From contig JBMNNW010000013.1 in NCBI GenBank assembly GCA_050942735.1, positions 73-64,072 of the forward strand: a stretch of DNA of 64,000 bases, in the 5' to 3' direction. The translations under genes and the position numbers were made by a program. Position 1 is the stretch's first letter; every line of letters starts with the position of its first letter. The stretch is from Armatimonadota bacterium. Lineage in GTDB: Bacteria > Armatimonadota > Zipacnadia > Zipacnadales > UBA5352. Shown here piece by piece: positions 17,797 to 26,500 of the stretch. The notes beneath the pieces are model-generated. The model was not told the DNA's origin. It did not search any database and was given only the letters and a program-made list of their open reading frames with translations.

Positions 17797-20151
17797 GTGA
17801 AATCCGTGGGAGCAGTGCTGATGATCACCGTGCTGACGGGATGTCTGCTGATGGCGGCCCCGGTCGCGCTCGCGGCGGAGTACTACCTCTCACCGGACGG
17901 CGACGACGACTCCGCGGGTGACCGTGAGAACCCTTGGCAGAGCATCGCGAAGGCGAATGAGGCCCTTGAGGTCGGGGACACGGCGACCTTTCTTCCAGGC
18001 GACTACATCGGCACCATCGCTCCGGAAAGGAGCGGGACTGCCGACGAGCCGATCACATTCCGTTCGTCGGAGCCATGGGCGGCGCGTCTCGTGGCCGATG
18101 GCGTGCCCATGCTGATTCAGCTCAACGGCCACGAGCACGTCGTCATCGAGGGCTTCGAGCTTGATGCCCTGCTGACGGGCGGCTGGTTCGCCATCGATGA
18201 CAGCCACCATCTGACCATCCGCGGCTGCAACATGCGCCGCGCCCGGCCGATGCACTTCATCCGCAACTGCACGCATGTGAAGCTGCTGGACAATGTGTTC
18301 AGCAAGGACACTGTGACCGGGGACACGCTCCGGCCGCTCAACTGCTCGCAGATGCTGATCGAGGGCAACTCGTTCACCCGCGTCGGTCACTGCCCGCTCG
18401 TGCTGCAGGAGATGGAGGACAGTGTCATTCGCGGCAATGTCTTCAGGGCCGAGTGGGGGCGCAACTACACCTTCTGGGCCTCGGGACGGCTGCTCATCGA
18501 GGGGAATATCATCACCCGGGCACGGGACAGCGCCTGGTCGGCCGACCCGGTCGCGAAGAACCTGTATGATGAGAGCATCTTCCGGTTCAACCGCGTCTTC
18601 GACAACGCCGGCATGCCGATGAGCACCAGCAGCTACATCTGGACCGGCGTCAGCGCGACCGGCCTGTACCGCTATCCGTTCCGGTCGATGAACTCCCGCT
18701 TCTATCACAACACGTTCACCGAGAACCTCGGGCCCGCATGGTCGCTCGGCGGGGTTAACGTGAGCGCGAACATCTTCCAGAACAACATCTTCTACCGCAA
18801 CGACCCCTACGGAGGGAACGTACAACTCATCCGGAACGACGGGATCAGCAGCGACAATCAGTTCATCAGCAATCTCTTCCGCGGCACCGAGGCGGGCCAG
18901 ACGGTCGTGCGCTACCGCGGCGACTTCTGGACCGCGGAGCAGGCGAATGCGAATACTCGGATGATCGGTGAGTACTGGTCGGAGTTCCACGGCAACATCG
19001 ACGGCGATCCGGCGTTCGTGGACCCGGACAACCGCGACTACCGCCTCAGCCCCGAGAGCGCGGCCATCGACGCGGGCACCCCGCTCGCGGTGGCGATCGG
19101 CGCGGGAACCGGGACCGCGCTGCCCGTGACGGACGGGGTCCCGTTCTACGACGGCTTCGGCATCGAGGGCGAGGAGGGCGACTGGATCGCCATCGGCCGG
19201 GGCGACAACCTCGCGCAGATCGAGCGCGTGGAACTGCGCTACTACCGCCCGGCGCTACTGCACCTCGACCGCGAGGTGACGTGGACCGACGGGATGCCGG
19301 TGAGCCTGCCGTGGGCGGGCGAGGGGCCCGATCTCGGCGCCTACCAGCACGGGGTCCCCCATCCGACCGGTCTGATCGCCCTCGCAAGCCCTGCGGCGGC
19401 CGAGCCCGGCCAGCCCATCCAGTTCAGCCTCGATACCCTTGGCAAGGATGTCGCGTCGGTCACCTGGGACTTCGAGGACGGCACCCACTCCAGTGAGATT
19501 GCGCCGAGGCACAGTTACGCCGAGACCGGGCACTACGGCGTGACGGCGCGCGCGGTCTTTGCCGACGGGCAGCGCGGCGTGGCCGCGCTTTTCATCAACA
19601 TCCCGGAGCGGATCGATCCGGTCCTGCCGCTGGTTGAGATCGACTTTGAGGACGAGACCTATCAGACCGAATGGGGCTGGTACATGAAGTTCTACCGGCC
19701 GCACCAGACCGGGCAGGCACGTGTGGAGCGCCCCGAGGGCGAAGGCAAGTGCATGCACCTGTTCTTCGACGACAACAAGCGCAACTCCACGGCGGCGCAG
19801 ATTGCGCCCGGCGCGTGGGAGATCGACGTCTACCCGCTGGTGCGCTTCGCCTACCGCATCCCCGAGGGCGTTCCGATCGCGATCGAGGTCAACACCTTCG
19901 GCGGCCCCGACCAGCCCGCGGGCTTCACCCTCGGCGGCACCGACGCGCGCCCCGAGCGTGACAATGACCTCGGCACCTACAGGCTGATCGATGACGGACG
20001 GTGGCATGAGATCACGATCGATGTGCGCGCGGCGCGAGAGGCTTTTCCGGAACTGACCCACCTTCGCCAGTTCCTGCTGCGGACGGAGTGGCAGGAGGAT
20101 CAGGGACAGGAATTCTGGTTCGACGAGTTCGCGATCCTCCCGGAGGATTGA
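17797..20151 (+). CDS. secreted right-handed beta-helix (pectin-lyase-fold) protein with PKD domain and a novel ~85-aa C-terminal module
   Basis: ORF 17656..20151; GTG start VKSVGAVLMITVLTGCLLMAAPVALA (GGAGG 7 nt upstream; alt ATG 17821); beta-helix N-terminus YYLSPDGDDDSAGDRENPWQSIAKA..., PKD-like VASVTWDFEDGTHSSEIAPRHSYAETGHYGVTARAVFADGQRG; C-terminal GFTLGGTDARPERDNDLGTYRLIDDGRWHEITIDVRAAREAFPELTHLRQFLLRTEWQEDQGQEFWFDEFAILPED. Confidence 0.75.
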   Translation: MKSVGAVLMITVLTGCLLMAAPVALAAEYYLSPDGDDDSAGDRENPWQSIAKANEALEVGDTATFLPGDYIGTIAPERSGTADEPITFRSSEPWAARLVADGVPMLIQLNGHEHVVIEGFELDALLTGGWFAIDDSHHLTIRGCNMRRARPMHFIRNCTHVKLLDNVFSKDTVTGDTLRPLNCSQMLIEGNSFTRVGHCPLVLQEMEDSVIRGNVFRAEWGRNYTFWASGRLLIEGNIITRARDSAWSADPVAKNLYDESIFRFNRVFDNAGMPMSTSSYIWTGVSATGLYRYPFRSMNSRFYHNTFTENLGPAWSLGGVNVSANIFQNNIFYRNDPYGGNVQLIRNDGISSDNQFISNLFRGTEAGQTVVRYRGDFWTAEQANANTRMIGEYWSEFHGNIDGDPAFVDPDNRDYRLSPESAAIDAGTPLAVAIGAGTGTALPVTDGVPFYDGFGIEGEEGDWIAIGRGDNLAQIERVELRYYRPALLHLDREVTWTDGMPVSLPWAGEGPDLGAYQHGVPHPTGLIALASPAAAEPGQPIQFSLDTLGKDVASVTWDFEDGTHSSEIAPRHSYAETGHYGVTARAVFADGQRGVAALFINIPERIDPVLPLVEIDFEDETYQTEWGWYMKFYRPHQTGQARVERPEGEGKCMHLFFDDNKRNSTAAQIAPGAWEIDVYPLVRFAYRIPEGVPIAIEVNTFGGPDQPAGFTLGGTDARPERDNDLGTYRLIDDGRWHEITIDVRAAREAFPELTHLRQFLLRTEWQEDQGQEFWFDEFAILPED

Positions 20152-20285
20152 GTGATCGCCGCGCTGGGCGTCACATCGTGGGAGCCGATCGGCGCGAGGG
20201 TTCGTGCCCCCGCTGCGGACTCGCCAAGCTCGTCGAGCCCGCAGACCGGATCTGTTCGCGACAGGTGACCGACCTGGCGGAGGAG

Positions 20286-21569
20286 CTATGGCTGCAGTGG
20301 CCGGGTCGTGTCCAGTACCGCCCAATCAGCCGGTGGCATCCCGAAATCGGGAATCGACAGCCGCTCGCCGTCTCGCTTGGCCGATTCATGCGCCACGATC
20401 CCCGGGGCGTTGTAGCGAGCCGCCTGCCATACATGGTTGGGCGGAAGCTTTTGCGCCACGACCGAGCGCACGAAGTCGTTGACCAGGAACACGTGGGTGC
20501 CGTCATGGCCATTAGGCACTCCGGCAAACTCCAGGGGAAGCTGCCAGAATGGCTGGGCAGGCGACAGCCCAAGGAACTTCTTCCCGAGGTACTCCCGTGG
20601 CAGATCGCCCAGATTCTCCTCCGTGACTTCGACGCCGTCAAAGACGCGAATATCGCTGACATCCTCGCGCCGCAGGGCCACCAGATCCCGTGCTTCACGG
20701 TAAGGGATACTGTCTCCCTGGCCGTAGTTCTCGGGAAAATCGAGCCAGGTGAAGACACCCTGTCCGGGCTGTTCCTCATACGCGGCTCGGGTGCCCATGA
20801 TGGTCATACGGCCATCGCCTGCGCCCACCCGACGGAACTCATTGATCCGCGCCATGCCGCCGTCTGAGGTCCGAAAGAGTGCAGACTGGTTACTGAAAAC
20901 GTTCCCCCACAAACTCGTTTCCGCCTGGAACACGCCGTCGTCGTGGCGGTCCACCTGGCCGAAGCACGATACTTCGGTCATGCGAGCGAAGGTTACGCCC
21001 AGAACGAATGCCGTCGAATGCGTTGGGTAGAGCATGGGCGGGAAGCTTGCGGTTGGTTTCCAGCCGTCGCCGCCGCTATGCATGTACGATGCGTAGAAGT
21101 GCGCCATGTCGTGATGGTACTGGCCCTCGCCGTAGACGAAACGGCCGAACTCTCCACGCGCGAACTTGTCGCGGCAGAAGGTCGTCTGCGCGCGATAGTA
21201 GCTGGTCTCCCCGAGCATGTAGATCAGGCCAGTGGACTTGACGGTTTCCACCAGTTCGCCCAGTTCCTCCAGCGTAATGGCAGCGGGCACGGCGCTGTAG
21301 ACATGCTTTCCAGCCTTCAGAGCCTGTACCGCCTGAGGCCCGTGCAGCCAGCGCTGGGTGAAGAATGCCACGCAATCGCAGTCGCTGCGGCACAGGGTCT
21401 CCAGCGAGTCGAAGGTCTTTGCGATGCCAAAGCGGGCCGCTTCGCGGGCCAGACGATCAGGCATCACATCAGCCAGGTAGACTTCTGCCACGTCTGGGTG
21501 ACGCTGGAATACCGGAATAAAGCGTGTGCCAAACTGCCCGGCCCCGCATAGTCCGACCTTAAGCTTCAT
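20286..21569 (-). CDS. Gfo/Idh/MocA family oxidoreductase
   Basis: ORF 20286..21659; start MKLKVGLCGAGQFG (Rossmann GxGxxG) with GAGGGAG 8 nt upstream. Confidence 0.8.
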   Translation of the reverse strand: MKLKVGLCGAGQFGTRFIPVFQRHPDVAEVYLADVMPDRLAREAARFGIAKTFDSLETLCRSDCDCVAFFTQRWLHGPQAVQALKAGKHVYSAVPAAITLEELGELVETVKSTGLIYMLGETSYYRAQTTFCRDKFARGEFGRFVYGEGQYHHDMAHFYASYMHSGGDGWKPTASFPPMLYPTHSTAFVLGVTFARMTEVSCFGQVDRHDDGVFQAETSLWGNVFSNQSALFRTSDGGMARINEFRRVGAGDGRMTIMGTRAAYEEQPGQGVFTWLDFPENYGQGDSIPYREARDLVALRREDVSDIRVFDGVEVTEENLGDLPREYLGKKFLGLSPAQPFWQLPLEFAGVPNGHDGTHVFLVNDFVRSVVAQKLPPNHVWQAARYNAPGIVAHESAKRDGERLSIPDFGMPPADWAVLDTTRPLQP

Positions 21570-21844
21570 TCGTATTGCTCCCTCTGAGTGCGAGGATCCG
21601 ACTCTGAACGCCACCACGTCACCGCTCCCGATGCCTTGTGCCCGACCTGCCGGTCCCACGACAGCCGACCTCTGGAGGCCGCGCTCTGAGCTCCAACCCG
21701 GGCGGCGCTGTCCCTACTTTGCGGTCGGCAGGCTGCTCGCTACCCGCCGCGGCGGTGCCTGTGGCAGAGCCCACGTCGCATTCGCGATCTACGCGACCGA
21801 GTCCTCCATCTCTGTCCAGGCATGTGTGCTCTCTCGTAATCTCG

Positions 21845-22114
21845 TGTGGGGGATTGTCGGCGGGGAAGGCGGTGATCGCCACCGACGTCGGCGGATGCGC
21901 AGAGGCAGTAGTCGATGGTGAGACGGGCCTGATCGTGCCTCCAGAGAACCCGAGGGCCCTCGCGGAAGCGATGCTCGCGTTGCTGGCTGATCGGGAGCGT
22001 ACTCGTGAGATGGGCCGGGCCGGCCGCGAGCGCGTCGAACGCGAGTTCACGGTGGACCGCATGGTTGAGCAGCATCTGCACGTCTACGAGCAACTCGTCG
22101 CAGGCCGGGCCTGA
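21845..22114 (+). pseudogene. 3'-terminal fragment (~90 aa) of a GT1/GT4-family glycosyltransferase
   Basis: GKAVIATDVGGCAEAVVDGETGLIVPPENPRALAEAMLALLADRERTREMGRAGRERVEREFTVDRMVEQHLHVYEQL matches GT4 C-terminal consensus; upstream part of ORF 21638..22114 is non-homologous. Confidence 0.5.
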
Positions 22115-22440
22115 CGGCCTGCCTCCGGCGTGAGAGCCCGCGGCTTGGAGGGAGCGGTCAGTCTCCCTACAGAGTGAAGACCCTCCGGAGCCACCCGGCC
22201 GCGCGCGTTTCCGCCGGTGCTGTCACGACCGGGAAACGACCTGCGTGGCGGATCGCTCACAGCGCCGCGCCGCAAGTGCCGCGCGGAGACTCGCCAGCCC
22301 TGGGCTCCGGGCTTCGCTCCGCTCAGCCCTCCACCCAGGGCTGCCTGACAGGCCACTCAGTACCACACTGCAACTGGCATCACTTGTGGGGGCCGGTCAA
22401 CGCAGAGCATCCCCGGATTGAGGACGCGACCCGTTCCGAA

Positions 22441-22560
22441 GACAGGGACGTCACCGGCACATTCCTCTTCGCAGGACTTCGACGCACTGAACTCTTGAGG
22501 CTGCACGTGCGCGACGTGAATCTCGCTGACGACATCTGGTCGGGCAGCGCGCCGGTCGTC
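22441..22560 (+). pseudogene. short fragment resembling a tyrosine recombinase/phage integrase catalytic-domain N-terminus
   Basis: RDVTGTFLFAGLRRTELLRLHVRDVNLADD (cf. integrase consensus ..tGlRrsELlgLrwsDvdl..); embedded in non-coding-looking ORF 22174..22689. Confidence 0.3.
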
Positions 22561-22622
22561 GCGACGACTACCCGCAGGCGATGCTGTGGAGGCGGTCAGC
22601 CCCTCATGTACACTGCTCATCG

Positions 22623-25600
22623 CTATGCGTCGGCGGGGATCACTCGGAAATGGACAATCGAGTTCCACGCATTGGCGGTGTTGCCGTAGCCATGGAAGCG
22701 CACGTACTCGACTTCGTGTGGATCGAAGCTGTAGGTCTCCATCCCCCCCGACGTGCCGGAGCTGGCGCCGTCAAAAACCTCACGCCACGTAACGCCGTCA
22801 GTGCTGGTCTCGAGCGCGAATTTCGCCTGGCGCGCGGATCCCTGGTGCCACTGGATGCCGATCCCCCTGACTCGCATGGGACGCACGAGTGTCACATCAA
22901 ACTGCACATCCTGCCCCTCAGCGGCCCAGTACTCCCGCCGGCCTGGGATGTCCGTTACCATCGCGCGAAGAGCCTGCAGGTCATGTTCCCTGTTCGCCTC
23001 GATCCACAGCACCTCCGACTGGGGCGCGGTCTGGCTCTGGCTGAGCTGCGCGCATTCTGACGCGTCATCCCGCACCAGGTCGAGACCTGCCACCGCAGCG
23101 AGCACGCTATCGGGGACGAACCACTCCCCGCGTACGCGTAGCACCTCGGCGGGCATCTTGAAGAGATGGCCGTTCAGGCTGAGTTCGCTCTCGTCTGCAC
23201 GGAACAGGGCGGTCCGGTCGCCGACAGTGACGCGCAGGCCTCCGTCCGCCTCGACTGCTTCGATGCCGAGGGTCCTGAAGATTGCGGTTGCGGGAAGCAG
23301 CAGGCAGGTCTCCGCAGTCCGCGTGGGCGGGACTTCGATGAGATTCCCGTTCAGGAACACCCGGTTGGCGAGCGCTGGGGCCGGCGGCGGCATGAAGTCG
23401 GGCGGGGTCTGGAACTCCGTGGCCTCGGGCCTCGCTTCCGGCCGTACGGTGAAGTCACCGCCCGGCACGACGAAGAATGCCGTGTTCTCTTCGGGTTCGA
23501 CCCGAACATTGAATTCGACGGTGTTGTCCTCTGACTGGATGCTCCAGTCCCCGGGGGCCAGGCCAGCGAGCAGCAACTGGTACTCCCCGCCCTCCGGAAC
23601 ACGGACATTGAACGGCTCTTCGATCAGCCGCCCGTCCTTGCTCAGCACAACCACCCGGTCCGCGAGGGTGAGCGCGAAGGTCGTGCGGGTCTCCTCCAGT
23701 GCGACCGGAAGCTCCGGCGCATTCTCGTCCGACATCGCCATTACCGTCAGGAAGAGATCACTCGCCTGCGCCGTCTCGGGGGAGAACATGACGCGGCAGC
23801 CATGCCCCTCCGGCTTCGACGGATTTGGCGCCGTGAAGAGCTGCCCGAAGACGCTGTTGGCCTCTTCGCCCTCGAGGATTTGCACCGAGCGCTCCTCCGG
23901 CTCCGGGCGCAGCATGCGCACGTCTACTCGTCCCGACAGTCCGAGGGCGCTGTTCCTGAGGACCACGCCATCCTCGGTCTGCTCCGGCGGGTTGAGCGTA
24001 TTAACCTGCCAGTACTTGCGGAACTCAGGGTTGGCCGCCGTGACGTTGTCGAGAATGATCAGCGCCGCCGGTGTCTGCTCGTTTCCGAGGTTGAGGAAGC
24101 AGAAGGTGCGCACGTACTCCGTGATCTTCTCGCTGTAGGCGGATGTGAGATCCACTGAGAAGTAGCTGAAGAATGGCCGCTGCGCCACGGGCCCGAAGCT
24201 GGCGGATACCTTCCTGCCGTTAGCGAAAGCGGGGTCATTCATCGTCTGTTCCGCGGTGGTGGGGCAGGTGCGGTTGAAGCGGGTGCCGCCATCATTCGAG
24301 GTCGTGCCCCGGAAGCTCTCCTCCGGGTCCACCACCAGCAGCATGCTGTGCGCGATCGAGCGCTTGCAGAAGTTCATATCGTAGGGGGTGCCATAGAAAT
24401 GATACTGGCCAAGATCGACCGCCTGCAGCCCGCGGTAGTAGATCTGGAAGCTGCCTGCGTCAGAATGCTGATGGTTGCCGAAGTGGTAGCCGCCGCCCTT
24501 CATCTCAACGACAACGTCGGAGGTGTTTGCGCCCATATTCCAGCCTGTTCGGGCCACCATTGAACCCAGAACCGGGCCGAAGTCTATGGTCAAGGGGAGC
24601 GCGTCGAGGCTCTCCTCTGCGGCGAGGTTGGGGTCGTTGAGCAGCAGGAACAGCAGCGGATCGCTGGCCGTGCCGCCCTGGCGCTGGAAGTCGCCTTTGA
24701 TGATCGGGTCACCGGTGTAGGCGTAGGCGAGCAGCGGCGTCAGCCCCAGGTTCACCTGCCGGCCGTCGGAGAAACCGTCGCCATCGCGAAGCATCTGCCC
24801 GATGGGCAGGCGCATGTAGAGCCAGAACTTGTAGACATCGCCGATGTTTTCGTCGAAGACCGGCTCTCCGGTCATGCGCTGGAAGAGCAGAGCGGCGTGC
24901 AGGTCCCAGCCGAACCGGTAGGGGCCGTAGCTGATGCCCTGGTTGTGGCGCGGCGACTGGTACTCGAAGCGGCGCATCGGCACCAGTTCCTCGAGGATGC
25001 GGTAGGCGCAGTAGCGATACGGCTGGGGGTCCTCGTCGTAGATGGCGATGGCCATGCTGAGAAGGTCGCGGTTCACCTGCGCCTCATTGCCGTGGCCGTT
25101 GACGATGAACTGCCGGAACGGAGGCCAGCCGATCTCCATGTCATCGGCCAGGCGCATCAGGTTGACTCGAATGCTCTCCCGCTCCTCGGGCGTCATCAGG
25201 TCGTAGCACCAGTCATAGACCAGTGATCCAGAGTAGATGGCCCTGCCGATCTCGCGGGTGATGTCGAGGAGGTTGCCAAACTGCACTGCGGCCAGGTAGG
25301 TGCGCATCAGGGCCACGGCTTCGAGGCCGCGCTCCCTGTCACCGGTCATCAGGGAGACGAAGGCTTTCCTCGCGGCGGCCTGCTCCAGCGAGGCGTTGTA
25401 GCTTATCTCGGTATCAGGCGGCACGCTGAACTCGAACGGCATCTCCGCCTGCGCTCGCACCCGCGCCCACACTTCAGCATTCTCGCCCTGCTCCAGACTG
25501 GCCCGCACTTCCGGGAGCGATTCGTCGTTCACCCACAGTCGCGGCCGGGAATCGGGCGGCACGATGCTCGGCTCGTAGGTGGCCGCCGCATCGGGCACCG

Positions 25601-26147
25601 CCGGGGGCACATAGGGGGCAACCTGCAGGTAGTCCAGCCGCACACCCTCCGGCAGCCAGACCCGAATCTCCTGCTCCTCACCGGTGAAATCGAACTTGCC
25701 TGTGTGCTGGACGCAACTGCCTGGCTGGCTCCAGGGCACGAAGACGACGCGGCTGGTCGGGCGACTGCCATCAATGGAGATCATCAGCCGAAGGGAGTCA
25801 TGTTTGCCCGAAGCCACCCGCATCGCCTCGGTCCCGATCGCATCCGTGGCGGCGTGGGTGCGGATCCAGTACCGACCTGCCTCCGGAGCCTGCACCGTGA
25901 AAACGAGGTCGGGCGAGCTGTCGGACCGGCCCACGTTGCTGGCTACCCCCGCTCTGAGCGACACGCCCTGCTTGCTCGCGAAGGTGTCCTGCTCCACCAC
26001 TTCCGCGCGATCCGCGCTGATCTGCGCGCTCTCGGCCTCAAGAGTGATCGGATCACCGGGCGCGGCCGCAGCGTCCTGCCGCGATCCACCCAGTGCGGCC
26101 ATCAGGATCAGGCATGCAATCCCCACCATTAGTCTCTCGATCAGCAT
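22623..26147 (-). CDS. secreted heparinase II/III-like polysaccharide lyase with N-terminal alpha/alpha-toroid, Cu-amine-oxidase-N-like domain and C-terminal F5/8 type C (discoidin) domain
   Basis: ORF 22623..26249 (TTG); start MLIERLMVGIACLILMAALGG with AAGGAGG 6 nt upstream; GGGYHFGNHQHSDAGSFQIYYRG (heparinase II/III His motif); C-terminal GIGIQWHQGSARQAKFALETSTDGVTWREVF...VEYVRFHGYGN discoidin-like. Confidence 0.8.
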   Translation of the reverse strand: MLIERLMVGIACLILMAALGGSRQDAAAAPGDPITLEAESAQISADRAEVVEQDTFASKQGVSLRAGVASNVGRSDSSPDLVFTVQAPEAGRYWIRTHAATDAIGTEAMRVASGKHDSLRLMISIDGSRPTSRVVFVPWSQPGSCVQHTGKFDFTGEEQEIRVWLPEGVRLDYLQVAPYVPPAVPDAAATYEPSIVPPDSRPRLWVNDESLPEVRASLEQGENAEVWARVRAQAEMPFEFSVPPDTEISYNASLEQAAARKAFVSLMTGDRERGLEAVALMRTYLAAVQFGNLLDITREIGRAIYSGSLVYDWCYDLMTPEERESIRVNLMRLADDMEIGWPPFRQFIVNGHGNEAQVNRDLLSMAIAIYDEDPQPYRYCAYRILEELVPMRRFEYQSPRHNQGISYGPYRFGWDLHAALLFQRMTGEPVFDENIGDVYKFWLYMRLPIGQMLRDGDGFSDGRQVNLGLTPLLAYAYTGDPIIKGDFQRQGGTASDPLLFLLLNDPNLAAEESLDALPLTIDFGPVLGSMVARTGWNMGANTSDVVVEMKGGGYHFGNHQHSDAGSFQIYYRGLQAVDLGQYHFYGTPYDMNFCKRSIAHSMLLVVDPEESFRGTTSNDGGTRFNRTCPTTAEQTMNDPAFANGRKVSASFGPVAQRPFFSYFSVDLTSAYSEKITEYVRTFCFLNLGNEQTPAALIILDNVTAANPEFRKYWQVNTLNPPEQTEDGVVLRNSALGLSGRVDVRMLRPEPEERSVQILEGEEANSVFGQLFTAPNPSKPEGHGCRVMFSPETAQASDLFLTVMAMSDENAPELPVALEETRTTFALTLADRVVVLSKDGRLIEEPFNVRVPEGGEYQLLLAGLAPGDWSIQSEDNTVEFNVRVEPEENTAFFVVPGGDFTVRPEARPEATEFQTPPDFMPPPAPALANRVFLNGNLIEVPPTRTAETCLLLPATAIFRTLGIEAVEADGGLRVTVGDRTALFRADESELSLNGHLFKMPAEVLRVRGEWFVPDSVLAAVAGLDLVRDDASECAQLSQSQTAPQSEVLWIEANREHDLQALRAMVTDIPGRREYWAAEGQDVQFDVTLVRPMRVRGIGIQWHQGSARQAKFALETSTDGVTWREVFDGASSGTSGGMETYSFDPHEVEYVRFHGYGNTANAWNSIVHFRVIPADA

Positions 26148-26500
26148 GATCGTCCTCCTTCTTCTGAATGCCCAATCCCCCGCAGGACAGGGTGAAACGG
26201 TCTGGACGCAGTCTAAGCCTTCGTCAGCACTTTTGCGCAACTCGTTCAACAGAGTCCGTCCATTCGCGCGCTACGGACTGACGCGGTGGCCGGGCAATAT
26301 AGACTGTTTCGCCGCGATCTGCGGCAGCACCTATGAGTACCACGGTGCAGTGCGCGGTCGTATATCACATCCCGTACCGCTTCTCGCCTTCATCTCACAC
26401 CACGTCACCAGACACCATTGCGTTCGGGAAGAGCGCAGTGCCGCGCGCTCCAACGGGTGCTTTCACTTCGCTCTCTCGAAATCGCGTGCTTCGGGGTCAC

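Noticed and set aside
13267-17828. Long minus-strand ORFs 13267..15516, 15708..17228, 17229..17828
   Set aside because: They mirror the two beta-propeller genes on the + strand. The + strand frames have signal peptides, RBS and paralog conservation, and the minus frames do not.
22100-22440. Possible tRNA integration target next to integrase fragment
   Set aside because: I could not find a cloverleaf-compatible sequence or TpsiC-like GGTTCGAATCC motif by eye, so no tRNA is called.
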